A DNA stretch of 62,794 nt, the filler included, from Ionaspis alba (lineage: Eukaryota), in assembly GCA_964255285.1 (NCBI GenBank). It is 7 parts of 7 records of this genome, joined end to end, with 100 filler letters (N's around TTAATTAATTAA, not from the genome) between each part and the next. Parts side by side here need not be neighbours in the genome. Positions count along the whole stretch, not along the records: positions 1 to 8,933 come from CAXUUL010000693.1; positions 9,034 to 17,958 come from CAXUUL010000694.1; 5 more parts are not named here. One strand, written 5' to 3'. The notes beneath the pieces are model-generated. The model made no database searches. It was not told where the DNA came from and saw nothing but the letters and a program-made list of their open reading frames with translations. How positions within the stretch are numbered: position 1 is the first letter of the stretch; the number at the start of each line of letters is the position of its first letter. A program made the translations under genes and the position numbers. Positions 1-12,600 of this stretch are shown one piece after another.

Positions 1-2314
1 GGGGTTAAGGGGTCGAGGGTGTGAGCTCGAGGGGGAGGGAGATTCGAGGTTAGCGACTTGGAGCGTCCGTGGTGGAGGGAGGAGTCTTGGAAGATGTTTG
101 TACCGCCAGGGGATTCGAGGGTGGGAGATGGGAGGGCGGTGTTGTTGTTGGAGGTGAATGGTTTCGAGCTGAAGAGGGCGGCTGATCGTTGCGATATGCT
201 TCGACTTATGGTTCCTATGGACTGCTGGAAGGAGAGGGCGGATACGGCTGAGTGGTTCGATTTCTCGCTCAAAGTAGAAGATGTTCGATCTGTTTTATCA
301 GGCGATACGCGCCCTGCTTGCTGGTACATCAGGTTCTCCGCTGCCGTCCAGTCACTTACCCAGTTCTGGATCTCGAGCTCACGTTCGCGAGCTGGTAATT
401 GTGGAGATGGGGATCTTGAGTGTCCAACCGGATGGCTTCCCAGTGGATCCCGGAAAGGATCAAGTACCGGCGCAGAAGCGACTATATTGGGCCCAGGGAT
501 TTGTGTCATCGCAGGTTCTGTCGTGCTTTCTCTCCCCGAAGGATCTTGTTCGTCTTCATCACGTTCGTCGATCCGATGAATATTGCCAGACCCACGGCTC
601 CGTCTACCATCATCGAATCGCGTCGGCTGCCCCCTCGAATGGAGCGATCTCCGCAATCCTCTGGTCGGACTGGGGATCTCAACAAGCAGTCCTGTTCTCT
701 CTGCTTCAGTACCTCGTGCTCCTTTCCAAGCTGTGCCGTGAACGCCGCTCCCTGCGGCTCCATTATGTGAAGACCAGGGGTAAGAGCTTCCTCCGGAGCG
801 TTGCCGTTCCTCCATCCATCGAAGGGCTGAGTCTTCACCTCCTCGGCCATCAATGCCACCTAAGCCTAGCGCAGATGCACTAAAGTGATGGGCATCAAGA
901 GAAAGGTTCTGGATCTCCCGATCTCTCATCGCCTTGCGGCGTTTGACTCGGCGATTGTGACAGAAGTATATCAGTACCAATCCTGCAACTGCTGCGAGTC
1001 CGAATCCGAGACCTGCTCCAAGTCCTGCTTTCTTTACTGAGCTGTAGTCTGTTGATCCAGAGTTTGGCGCAGCGTCTGTCATTCCGGTCGCTGTAGGGTT
1101 CAAGTACATTGTTGTCCAGGTCGATGAGGTGACGTTGAAGAAGTACACAGCACTATCTGATGTTCGCCGCTGGATCTTTCTCGACGTGGTACCGCGAGGC
1201 GCTGGAATGGGGTAGCCTCCCACAACCATCATGACCTCTCCCGGCAACATTGTTGCACCATGACCATACAGTCCTGAGCCTGTTGGCAGGCCCGGTCCAT
1301 TCTGAGCTGGTATAGTCCAATGCCAATCACCAGTACCACCATAACCCTGTCCCAATTCCAAGATCGCAAGTTGCGGACTGGCTGGATTCGTCACGTTCCC
1401 TACCCAGCCCCCAAAGACAATAATGCGCTTGCCATCTGGTGTCAAAATTGCAGTATGTCCAGATCTCGGATCCACGGTCTGAAGATCTCGTGCCGTAAAG
1501 TCTGTCTTCACGGTCTGAGCAGGATCATCAACCGGTAAGAACGCCCAAGTTTGTTCAGGTAGAGAAAAGAGTGCCACCTGAGACATATTGATGAAAGCCT
1601 CTGAAGTATGTCCTCCAAGAAGAACGAAATTCTGCTGCTGACTTTGATCTCCATCGGAAGAGTTGAAGAACGTCGGTTCGAGAGGAGTGACTGTGAAACC
1701 TGCCTCGGGGATGGGCGGTCCTCGACTGGACAGCGCGCTGAGACCAAATGTTGGATCGGACGACGAGGAAGAGGGCGCTTTTTGGATAGCAAGCATAGTG
1801 TTAGAATAATCTGCTACGTTTTGCCAATCTTGCACACTCCCACTAGTTGAGTTGGCGCACATTCCACCAAAGATGTAGAGGTCCGATGTCCCGTTCAGAG
1901 TGCTCGAAAATGCCATTCCAGCGGCTAGTTGATTGGCTCCTCCAACAGTGTTGCTTCCGTCAGATCCTTCGACTGATATCTTCTCTTGTTTCCAACTTCC
2001 ATCAGATCCGTCCTGGCCTACGCTAAATGTCCACAATGTCGCTCCTTGGCCAGCTTCTGTACACCGTCCCGAGAAGACATGGATATTCCCTTGGCCATCT
2101 AGTAACGGAGTATATGATATCTCTTCATTGCTGGCGAGGAACGGTAGGTTTTGCGACAGGATTGAAGTTGTGAAGTTATCTGACGATAGAGTGTTGCTCG
2201 CGTTCAAAGTGACGAGCTGAGACTTCGTGCCATCGCCGTTGATAGGTTGTAAGATATAGATTATGGTATCGTTATATCTCTTCGGCGTAAGTAGTTTCGT
2301 AGTCGTATAAGGTA
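1..2314 (-). CDS. Kelch/galactose-oxidase-like beta-propeller single-pass membrane protein (partial at both ends)
   Basis: Manual minus-strand translation is open from the N-gap at 2315 toward the window edge; it is missing from the ORF track because no stop falls inside the window. It has GG-containing Kelch-like blades (LYIFGGMC, FVLLGGHT, RSGHTAILTPDGKRIIVFGGW, LYGHGATMLPGEVMMVVGGY), a TM helix (AGLGAGLGFGLAAVAGLVLIYF) followed by basic RRVKRRK, and an S/R-rich tail. Confidence 0.8.
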
Positions 2315-2414
2315 NNNNNNNNNNNNNNNNNNNNNNNNNNNNNNNNNNNNNNNNNNNNNNNNNNNNNNNNNNNNNNNNNNNNNNNNNNNNNNNNNNNNNN
2401 NNNNNNNNNNNNNN
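2315..2414. other. 100-N scaffolding gap
   Basis: Run of 100 N with no linker; hides the 5' end of the Kelch-type gene. Confidence 0.95.
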
Positions 2415-5400
2415 AAAAGATATATCATTCAGAGTCTAACCATAACACTGCTTCTAAAATTCATAATCAGTGAAGATAGTGGCATCTGGTCCCTTGGTTT
2501 GGGCGCGTGTACATAGCCGTGGTTATCTATGTGAGAGCGGGGACAGATATCGCGGAATGGTTGTAAACACACGGCCAGCTGCATGATCAGGTGGGGAGGA
2601 ATATGTCGGTCCCAATCCGGGTCAAGGCTGGAGCAACCCATGCGAAGTGGGGACTAGATTAGTGTTCGGCATTGCTCGCATGTTAGATGTCGCCTTGGCT
2701 TCCAGAATTTATTGGATGTAAATTGTTCAAGCACTCGGTAAATAGCACTAGATGGACAACGTCGTTGTTGGGGCAACAAGTACGCAGAGCCTTAACACAG
2801 GGAGGATCAAGGATTTTCCGCCGTCCCACGCTAAAATATATCGAAATTGACATGTGAAAGGAAAGCGGCACAGAAAAGGCTTGGTGTTTCCCCCTCTCGC
2901 GGTCGATCATTAATTGTGCATAGAGAAGAGGGAAAAGCTCCTCACTGCGCAGCAAATTGTAAGTACTCCGAATATCATAGGCTCAAGGAGGAAACTATCA
3001 ACCACAGCCAACGAGATTGGCTCGGACCTTCTTCCGGATGATGGAGCGGAAATGCGGCCATCACCAGGTAACCCAAGAGCTTTGTGGCTGGCGTCGCTGC
3101 TGGCCTCTTGGTGTTGGATCTCGATCCTTTGAAGTCTAGAATCTGCGATTGACATGGTCTCCTGCTGCATTCTGCAGCACAGTTGGTCCATCTCCAATGC
3201 TCTATGTACCATGACCTAGGATAGTGCAGAGTCACCACTGACCATCATTCATGCCATCATCGTAGCTGCACTCAACTGAGTCGTACATGATAGTCTTTGG
3301 ACGAGAAAGCAACGCGCAAAGTCGCAAACGAGCATAGGAAGATCCGCGCTGTTGAGACATCAGACGGACTTTTCAGGAAGCCTTTCTCGCCAAGTCAAAC
3401 TTTCAACGGAGCTGTCAAGCCACCGAAAGCCCTTAAATGTGAAGGCGATTTGATCTTGTTGATCCCTTTTGGATAATCCCTCACACCCGTCAGGGGCCTC
3501 CAATCACACTTTTTCCGCGGGTTGGCCTGCATGACCTGCAGGACGGGTTCGACCAATACTACCGGTCATACGCCATCGACAAACGACACTGCAGACGCAT
3601 CAAAACAACCCGGAGAGAAACGTGGCCGCAGCCAGAGAGAGATTTGATATCAGCATGAAAAAGCACTTTCCACGCAATGATGCAAGATTGGTGCAAACAA
3701 TCACCAACAGGCCAAGCCAAATCATGTCAACGAAGGATCAACCTTCGTGCGGCGGCATGGAACCAACGGATCGGTAGCACACCCTGTAGCCATATCCGTC
3801 CCTAGTCTGGGGAAAAATTGGAGCCACGAATTTCCAGCGACGAGAGTTCCGTCTGGGGAAAGGGAAGGGGAAAGGGGTGGAGTGGAGCCGTGCCAGGTCG
3901 GATCGCGGGCGACGCGGCTTTGAGAGAAAATGCAAATCGTGATGCCAACAATAATCGAGGGAGCAACTCTAGGATAGGGTAGGTAGTAGTTTCGACCACA
4001 CATAATAATGACAACATCTTGCGAACCTATATCCGTGCACCACATGGATGATGAAGGGCGATTGGTACTTGTACTGTACATACTGAACATGGTTGCGCTC
4101 ACGAACGACAATCTGGAAATGGTAAATGGAAACACCAACCGGTGAAGAAAGATTTCTGATATTGAGCAAGAGCAATGTTGAAGCAAAGCACTCACCACCC
4201 GGTAGCCTACCCCATCAAGTATCCTTATCGAACGATTGCGCTCCAATAAATCGCCAGAGAAGGAGCGAACAGTCCTCCCCACGAACCGTGAGATGAAAAT
4301 TAGGGAGCCAAGGGCCCGCCATGCTTCAAGCCACAGGTGCTAAAAGGCCGAAGATCGCTGATCTGCTCCCTCGTCATTGGCGAGCAATATGGTTGGGTAT
4401 GCATGACACTCTCCCCGTCCTCAGGGATCTCCCCGGGGGTGTGCCCACCCCAGCCCAAAGAATTTCTTCATGGTCTCCCCTCCCCACCCCCCCAGAAAGC
4501 ACTAAGAGGCACCGCGACGAAAGACTCTCTCCTCTTCTTGTGTGACGGGACTATCAACGTCGACCCATTTTCCGAGCAGAGACAGACATACCTCCTTAGT
4601 TTATATCAACGTCCCTTTGCCACCCTTTGCGACATCTTCGCCAGTGTCTCATTTTCCTGGTCATCTGCCATTGGCTTTCACCGTATCGATTCGTGTTGAC
4701 GGAGTCTCTTATCTGTTACCGTTCAAGAAAAAAAATCATCCCCACCAAAGCTTTGTCATAGAAGGCTCGTGCGTCGCCCGGTTCACATCAGACGACCACT
4801 AGTTTCCGCAAGTCTACTGGAAAGCCATTATGTCAATGATATTCTTGGTGGTTGAGCTGATTATTTGAAATGGACATCGATCCTTTCTTCTGCCATCAGT
4901 TGCGTTGTTGAATAGAGGGTTTTTTTCTTCGTTGCGGTTGCTTGGGTTGTCTCTTTCTGTCGTTTTTTTTTTGCCAGAGCTGTAAGTTACCGGTTGATTA
5001 TCAATATTCCCCCCTCCTGTCACCAAAATACGTTTTAGATAACTAACGTGGACAATATCTAGTCTATTCCCATGACCAGTGCGGTCTTCTATCGTCGCTG
5101 AGTCCCTTTTCGACCGCCGCTCCTTACTTTTATCCTTCATTCGCCTTGGACATCTACGGCTACCTATACCTCCGTTTGCTTCCCATTCCAACCGGCCGGG
5201 AAACCCTATAGCACGAACAAGTTTTGCTCGACTTTCACCAACTCCGGAAAGCGCTTTACATCGTCAAGGCACTACGCGGTGTCTTGTTGCAATCGCTATG
5301 ACCCGTTGACGAAGGCTGCGTTGGTCAAAGAACTACGAAAGCTCGTCACCTGAGCCCTTGACATCGACACTCATACACAACTGTGCGTTCAAGAGCTTGG

Positions 5401-5450
5401 GAACTACACAAGCGTGAACTTGGGTGACGCGGACGAAGGAGGTAGAGAAG

Positions 5451-8400
5451 ATGCAAGAACAACAAGGGCTCCAACGGTATCAGGAACACCATGAGGAGGA
5501 CGATAACATGACTACGCCTCTTGCTTCAGAACGAGACGTACACTCCGCTCCAGCTGTGCCTCAACATACCGGGTCAGCTCCTCGTGGTATTGATCTCGCC
5601 GGCGGTGATCAAAGGCGCTTGTGGATCGAGCAAGATCCTGCACGTACTCCAACCTCGAGTACTCATCCTCCAGCCCATGCCGAAAGCTATCCCAAGTCGC
5701 CAAGATCACCAGTCTTCCAGGATGAAGGCCCGGACAACTACTTTGCAATGAAACCAGATACCCAGCAACGCAGTTATAGCCCTCGACTTACCAACATCTC
5801 CCACCTCATACCGTCGCACAAAAGTGTCAACTCTTCTTCGGCATCACTTCATAGCTCGGTTGCAAGTGACACATCCGTCAACGTCACCGGCGAGTTTAGC
5901 GGCTCGACGTTTGGAGATGGCTCATCGACAGCGAAGCAAACAGCTCTCGGCAAGTTGATCCATGCGGAGAAGGCCAGTTCGACCTCGCCCACTTCTGGGC
6001 AGAGTCATGTACCCTCGAGATCGCGACAGGAGGGGCCACATTATCCTAACCAATCTTTCGCTGCTCTACAGCTGCAGCACTACCCTCCTATATATCAACC
6101 ACATCCGCTCCGAACGCGGAGCTCGCATCCCTCACAGAACTCCTCCTATTCTGCCAGCTCGGCGAAATTGCCTCGAGATCGTTCTTCCATGACCTCGGGT
6201 GCTAGGACAGTTGGAAGCACCCCAGTACAGAGTCCTGGTCTATTCTCGGCTTCGTCTTCGAAGTACAGGTCTGCCGATGATTTGGAAGATGCGCAATATA
6301 GCGCCCCTCTTCTCCATCCGACACATCTGCAGGCACCAAAAGAGTGAGTCATTTCATGCTCCCTCAAAGCTATCTGCCCAACCCCTTAGTCTCTCCTTCA
6401 GACAATTTGCACAGCAGTTAATCCTTTTCAGAACTCACAAACTCCTGAAGGACATCGATCCCATCTCTGGCAGAAAGATCGTGAACAACTACGAGTTTCA
6501 ATCCAAGCTTGGTAGTGGAGCTCACGGAACTGTCAAATTGGGTCGAGATCTTGAAACAGGCGAATTCGTGGCAATCAAAATTGTGCGGCGGTTCTCCAAG
6601 AAGCTACGCTTAGGGAAGCATGAGACACCAGAGGACAAGGTCAAGAAGGAGGTCGCCGTGCTCAAGAAGGCCAGACATCCTCATGTCGTCAGCTTACTCG
6701 AGGTCATTGACGATCCGGAATTTGGCAAGGTGTATCTCATTCTGGAATATGTCGAACGTGGAGAGATCGTCTGGCGCAAACAGTCCGATAAGGACGTGGC
6801 TACATTCGAGATGGCTCGCGTCAAGAGAGAAATGGCTGGCGACATCAACGAAGCATTCGAAGAGGAAAAGCTCGTGGAGTTCAATGGCCTTGTTCCGCTC
6901 AGGCGTGCGCAGAAGGAACGCTTCCTTGCAGAACAAAAATCCCAAGTCAACTCACCACAGCCAACGAATTCATCGTCAAGATCGAAAGGACTCTTCGCAG
7001 AGCCGAATACACCGTTTTGGAGTCTCGAATATGGAGGGGACTCTGAAGACGAGGACAACAAACGGTCCGGTGATCTTGGTCTCGACAACGCGAATCGCGA
7101 CTCCGGTGTTGCAGCCGTGGATTGGGTCAACGCGGCCTCCATGATACAACCTCAGACGGTGTCGCGGAGCAGCACGCCGCATCTGCAAAGTGCTCAAGCA
7201 ATATATGACCATGGCGCTGGCTTAAACCTCATGACCGACGAGACTGATGAGTCACATCTGACAACGGCGACCACTCTCGATGGCAGCATGTATGGACCGT
7301 ATAGAGTACCCGAATCTGCCACAAGCTTCGATCGTGTAGCACAAGAGGCTACTCTCGAAAGACTCATCCAGGAGCAGACGCCATTGTCGAAAGAGGAAGA
7401 AGAATTCAGATACGTTCCTTGCTTGACACTATCTCAAGCACTGGAGGCATTTAGGGACACAGTGCTGGGACTGGAATATCTACATTATCAAGGTATCATA
7501 CACAGAGACATCAAGCCTGCCAATCTTCTCTGGACGGCAGATCATCGTGTCAAGATCTCAGACTTTGGAGTTTCCTACCTTGGGCGACCCATTAGAGAGG
7601 ACGACAAACACGAAGAGATCGAAGAAGCTGATACCGCAAACTTTGAAGAGGCTATCGAGCTGGCAAAGACAGTAGGCACGCCAGCTTTTTACGCTCCAGA
7701 GCTATGCGATCCGGCTATTTTCGATTTCGAGAAGACTACAGAACGTCGCCAAATAACTGGATCAATCGATGTGTGGGCTCTTGGTGTTACTTTGTACGCT
7801 ATGATCTTTGGCCGGCTACCTTTCTATGATGAGAACGAATTTGCAATGTACGAGAAGATCGCAACACAAGAAGTCTTCATTCCGAAGAAGCGGCTGAAGG
7901 GTGTCGAAGAAGTAGCAAGAACACCAATGAACAGCAACAAGAGACAAGACGATGTTCTCGAGTACGAAGACGTCGACGATGAACTACAGGATTTGTTGAA
8001 ACGATTGCTACACAAGAAGCCATCGAAACGAATCACGCTCAAGGAGGTCAAACACCACCCATGGGTCCTCCGAGGAATCAAGGACCAGTCTGCTTGGATC
8101 GACGAAACTGATCCCTCACTACAAAGCCAAGGCAAGAAGATCGAAGTCTCCTCCCAAGAAGTCAACGAAGCCGTCGCTCCTCTCACCATCGTCGATCGCA
8201 TCAAATCAGGCATTCGTCGACTAGGCTCAGTCGTTCGAGGTCGAGATTCTCGCAAGAGAGCCGAAAGTGTGGCAAAGAACACCGAAGGCAGCACCAGCTC
8301 ATCCTCGAAGCTGAGCTACAGCCAACGCGAAGGACGCAGGACCAGTCTCCGCGGCGACGAGCAGATCTTCACCGCCTTACGCGCATCACGAGAAAACACC

Positions 8401-8933
8401 GAGCATCACCCCCTATCTCATAGCGTAGCCCCATCCCCCAGTCCCCGCTACGAACACGAACAATCCTATTTCGGCGACCCCACAACCACCACCAGAACCA
8501 CTGAAGCCAGCCAGACCTCTCTCAGCAACAGCCAAGCCCTCGAACGCTCCATCTCCACCACCGACTCCATGAAAACCATCCGCAGCTCCACACCCAGCAC
8601 ACACATCCACCCCATCTCCCCACCTCTCCTAACCGACTCCCACTTAACAACCGTCACCGAATCCGTCGTCTCCCCCTCCACAGCACCACCCAGCAGCAGC
8701 ATAAGCGGCATCTTCGGGGGCGCAGGCCGGCTCATCGCAAACAGCATGCGGAGCCGCGAACGCGGCCGAGGCCACGACAGCGCAAGCCTCTCCTCCCGCT
8801 CCTCCTCCATCGACAATCTCCCCTCCTCCTCCTCCGCTTTCGCCGAAGACCCCCATGCCTCCCCCAGCATCGCATTTTCCTCCGCCACAGCCGCCGGTCT
8901 CGTTGACCAACCCCCTGTTCTTCGCGATCCATC
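5451..8933 (+). CDS. Ser/Thr protein kinase, CaMKK-like Ssp1/Sak1(Pak1) family (3' truncated)
   Basis: Intron 6344-6431 (GTGAGT..CAG) joins APK-ETHKLL. Kinase motifs: GSGAHGTVK, VAIK, HRDIKPANLL, DFG, GTPAFYAPE, DVWALGVTLY, with a long insert inside the kinase domain. Cut by the contig end. Confidence 0.88.
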
Positions 8934-9033
8934 NNNNNNNNNNNNNNNNNNNNNNNNNNNNNNNNNNNNNNNNNNNNTTAATTAATTAANNNNNNNNNNN
9001 NNNNNNNNNNNNNNNNNNNNNNNNNNNNNNNNN
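8934..9033. other. Artificial contig linker N44-TTAATTAATTAA-N44
   Basis: Palindromic 12-mer giving stops in all six frames, centred in a 100-nt spacer. Confidence 0.97.
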
Positions 9034-9696
9034 GTTTCACCGGAGACTAACTAAGCAAATGCATTTGTCGGGTCTGGATGGCTCGTATCAATGCCCATCA
9101 GCAGTCAAGGTGGTATTGGCACGATCCTTCCGTCACCGCGGCTGGCCCATCTCATGCACCCTTCGCTATTATGCTTTATCTGCCCCCGTTGCCAGACCGA
9201 ACGGACCAGCGGGGTCCCATAGACTCGAGATCGACCCTGATCTTCGCCAACGCCTTCTAACGCCTTTGTTCGGTCTTTGTGCCCCAGAACCAACCGCATC
9301 AGCCTCGTTCCTTCTCGAACCGGCTTAGCCCAAGGTCAAAGGCACTCGGATTGCGGATCCTTCCTGCGCTCTACAGTCAGCTCGCTTGTGGTGTGGTGTG
9401 TAATGGACGCAGAGTTACACATGCTACAGCATAAACGCTCTCATAATCCGTCAGAGGGAGCCGGTCTTCCTTTTCCTCCTCGGCGCTCTTACTGTACATA
9501 CTGCTGGTACCTACGCACATAGATCAGGACCTCTTTCTCATTGTTTGCGACGACCCGTTATGACTTTACGATAATCCATCACGACTGCCTTCCTCCCTCC
9601 TCGTCCCTACCGTTTTCGGCCCTCTAAGCCTCTCTCGAAAGACACCAGCCCGCTATTCGGTCTTCGAAAGCGTTTGCGCTTACCCACAACGTCGAT

Positions 9697-12600
9697 ATGT
9701 CTCCCAACATGACAACCGTGGCCCACATGGCTACCACCACTCTACGAGTGGAAGGTATGACTTGTGGCGCATGCACCTCCGCGGTAGAGAGTGGCTTCAA
9801 AGGCGTCGCCGGTGTTGGCAACGTTTCCGTCAGTCTAGTCATGGAGCGAGCGGTGGTTCAACACGATCCAGAAACAATACCACCAGAAAAGATTGCGGAG
9901 ATCATAGAGGATCGAGGCTTCGATGCAGAAGTCATCTCGACAGACACTCCCGTACCTATACAGCGCATCTCGATGGACGAGGTTGTCTTCGAATCGGAAG
10001 AGAATGGAGTTTCGGAACCAAGGTTATCTACAACTACGCTGGCAGTAGAGGGTATGACATGTGGTGCCTGCACATCCGCCGTCGAGGGTGGTTTCAAGGA
10101 TGTTCCGGGGATCAAATCAATCAGTATTTCGCTACTATCCGAACGAGCGGTTGTGGAACACGACCCGGCCACCATCACTCCCGAAGCAATAGCAGAGATC
10201 ATCGAAGATCGCGGATTCGATGCCAAAGTACTCGAGACGAAGATCTCAACGATAGCATCCGCTCAGCTCAATCGGCGCCGAAAGTCGGAGCAATCAAAGC
10301 CGAGCTTCACGACCACGACAGTCTCCATAGAGGGCATGACATGCGGCGCATGCACTTCCGCTGTGGAAGGCGGCTTCAAGGATGTCGCTGGCATCGTGCA
10401 ATTCAATATTAGCCTGCTCGCAGAACGTGCCGTCATCGTTCACGATGCCGATAAATTGTCGCCCGCCCAACTAGTGGAGATCATCGAGGACCGAGGCTTC
10501 GATGCCAAAGTTCTCTCTTCACAGGTCGACAGCGATAACTACTCTTCTGAGGTGGCCATGGTCCAACTGAAGCTTTTCGGTCTCCAAGATTCAACCGCCG
10601 CTACCACGCTTGAGACGACGATTCGACAACTTCCAGGGGTGCTCTCCTGCACAATAAGCTTTGGAACCTCACGCGCATCGATCTGCCACAATCCGTCACT
10701 CATCGGACTACGGGCGCTAGTCGAGGCAGTCGAAGGACTTGGCTACAATGCTTTGATCGCCGAATCTGAAGACAACTCTGCCCAACTCGAGTCGTTAGCC
10801 AAGACCCGTGAGATTCAAGACTGGTGGCGGAGCTTCCGCATTTCTGCTTCATTTGCCATTCCAGTTTTCTTCATCAGCATGATAATACCAATGTACATCA
10901 AACCATTAGATTGCGGGTCTATCAGCTTACTACCTGGCCTCTACCTCGGCGATGTTGTCTGCCTTATCCTCACTCTACCAGTCCAGTTCGGCATTGGCAA
11001 GCGCTTTTACATATCTGCATATAAGTCATTGAAGCATGGATCTCCTACAATGGATGTCCTTGTTGTTCTCGGAACTTCTGCTGCATTTTTCTACAGCGTG
11101 GCAGCGATGATTGTTTCAGTCATCTCACCTATACATACTCGACCCAGCACTGTGTTTGATACGAGTACGATGTTAATCACCTTCATTACTCTCGGTCGAT
11201 ATCTTGAGAATCGTGCCAAAGGTCAAACATCGAAAGCTCTTTCAAGGCTGATGTCTTTGGCCCCATCGATGGCTACCATTTATGCCGATCCGATCGCTGC
11301 GGAAAAGGCTGCAGAGGGATGGGAGATTGAGTCAAAGGTCGAAAAGAAAGGCGCGCCGATGGACAATGCGGCTGGAAACGCAGCTGAAGAGAAAATCATA
11401 CCGACGGAACTTCTCCAGCTCGGAGACATCGTCATTCTTCGACCTGGTGATAAGATTCCAGCAGACGGCACCGTGACCAGAGGGCAAAGCTACATCGACG
11501 AGAGCATGGTCACTGGTGAAGCTATGCCAATCATGAAGCAAAAAGGAAGTCTTCTAATGGCTGGCACTGTCAATGGTGCTGGCAGACTGGATTTCCGAGT
11601 GACGAGGGCAGGCAGAGACACTCAGCTCAGCCAGATCGTCAAGCTCGTTCAAGAAGCGCAGACAAGCCGGGCACCCATCCAACGAGTGGCCGATATGGTC
11701 GCAGGTTACTTTGTACCCATCATCATCGCTCTTGGTTTGCTCACTTTCACAGCCTGGATGGTATTGAGTCACGTGCTTCCTAATCCTCCAAAGGTCTTCT
11801 TGCAGCCCGAGAGTGGAGGACGTTTGATGGTCTGCCTCAAGCTCTGTATCTCCGTCATCGTCTTCGCTTGCCCATGTGCTCTCGGACTCAGTACGCCCAC
11901 TGCCGTCATGGTAGGCACAGGCGTTGGGGCCGAGCAAGGGATTCTCGTCAAAGGTGGTAGCGCTCTCGAAACAGCCACGCGAGTCAGCCACGTCGTCTTC
12001 GACAAAACCGGCACTCTGACCATAGGCAAAATGAGCGTCGCCCAGATCGAGCTCGAACCCCTTTGGGACTCCAACGAATGGCGCCGCCGTCTCTGGTGGA
12101 CTCTGGTCGGCCTCGCAGAAATGGGTAGTGAACATCCAATCGGCAAAGCCATTCTCAATGCCGCAAAAGAAGAACTCAACATCAGCAGCGACGGCATGAT
12201 TGATGGCAGCGTCGGTGACTTCCAAGCAGTCGTGGGTCAAGGCATCTCGGCTTACGTCGAGCCTGCCTCCTCCGCCTCCCGCGAACGCTACCACGTCCTT
12301 GTTGGCAACGCCGCCTATCTCTGCGCCCAAGGCATTGCTCTACCGTCTTCCCTAGCCACTTCCCCTACCCCATCCACCGCGCACCCCATCACCACCTCGT
12401 CCAAGTCCTCAGCACCGGCCGGGACAACCCAAATTTACACCGCCATCAACAACACCTACACCGGCGTGCTTTCCCTCTCCGACACCCTCAAGCCCACGGC
12501 CCACGCCACCATCCTCGCCCTCCACCGCATGCACATCACGACCTCCCTCGTCACTGGCGATCAACTGCCCACCGCGTTAGCCATTGCCTCTGCCGTCGGC

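Noticed and set aside
58..883. Plus-strand ORFs of 173 and 200 aa
   Set aside because: Antisense shadows of the minus-strand Kelch-type gene.
2415..5420. Many short ORFs upstream of the kinase
   Set aside because: No motifs, no consistent splice model and no TIR/LTR; treated as intergenic or UTR.
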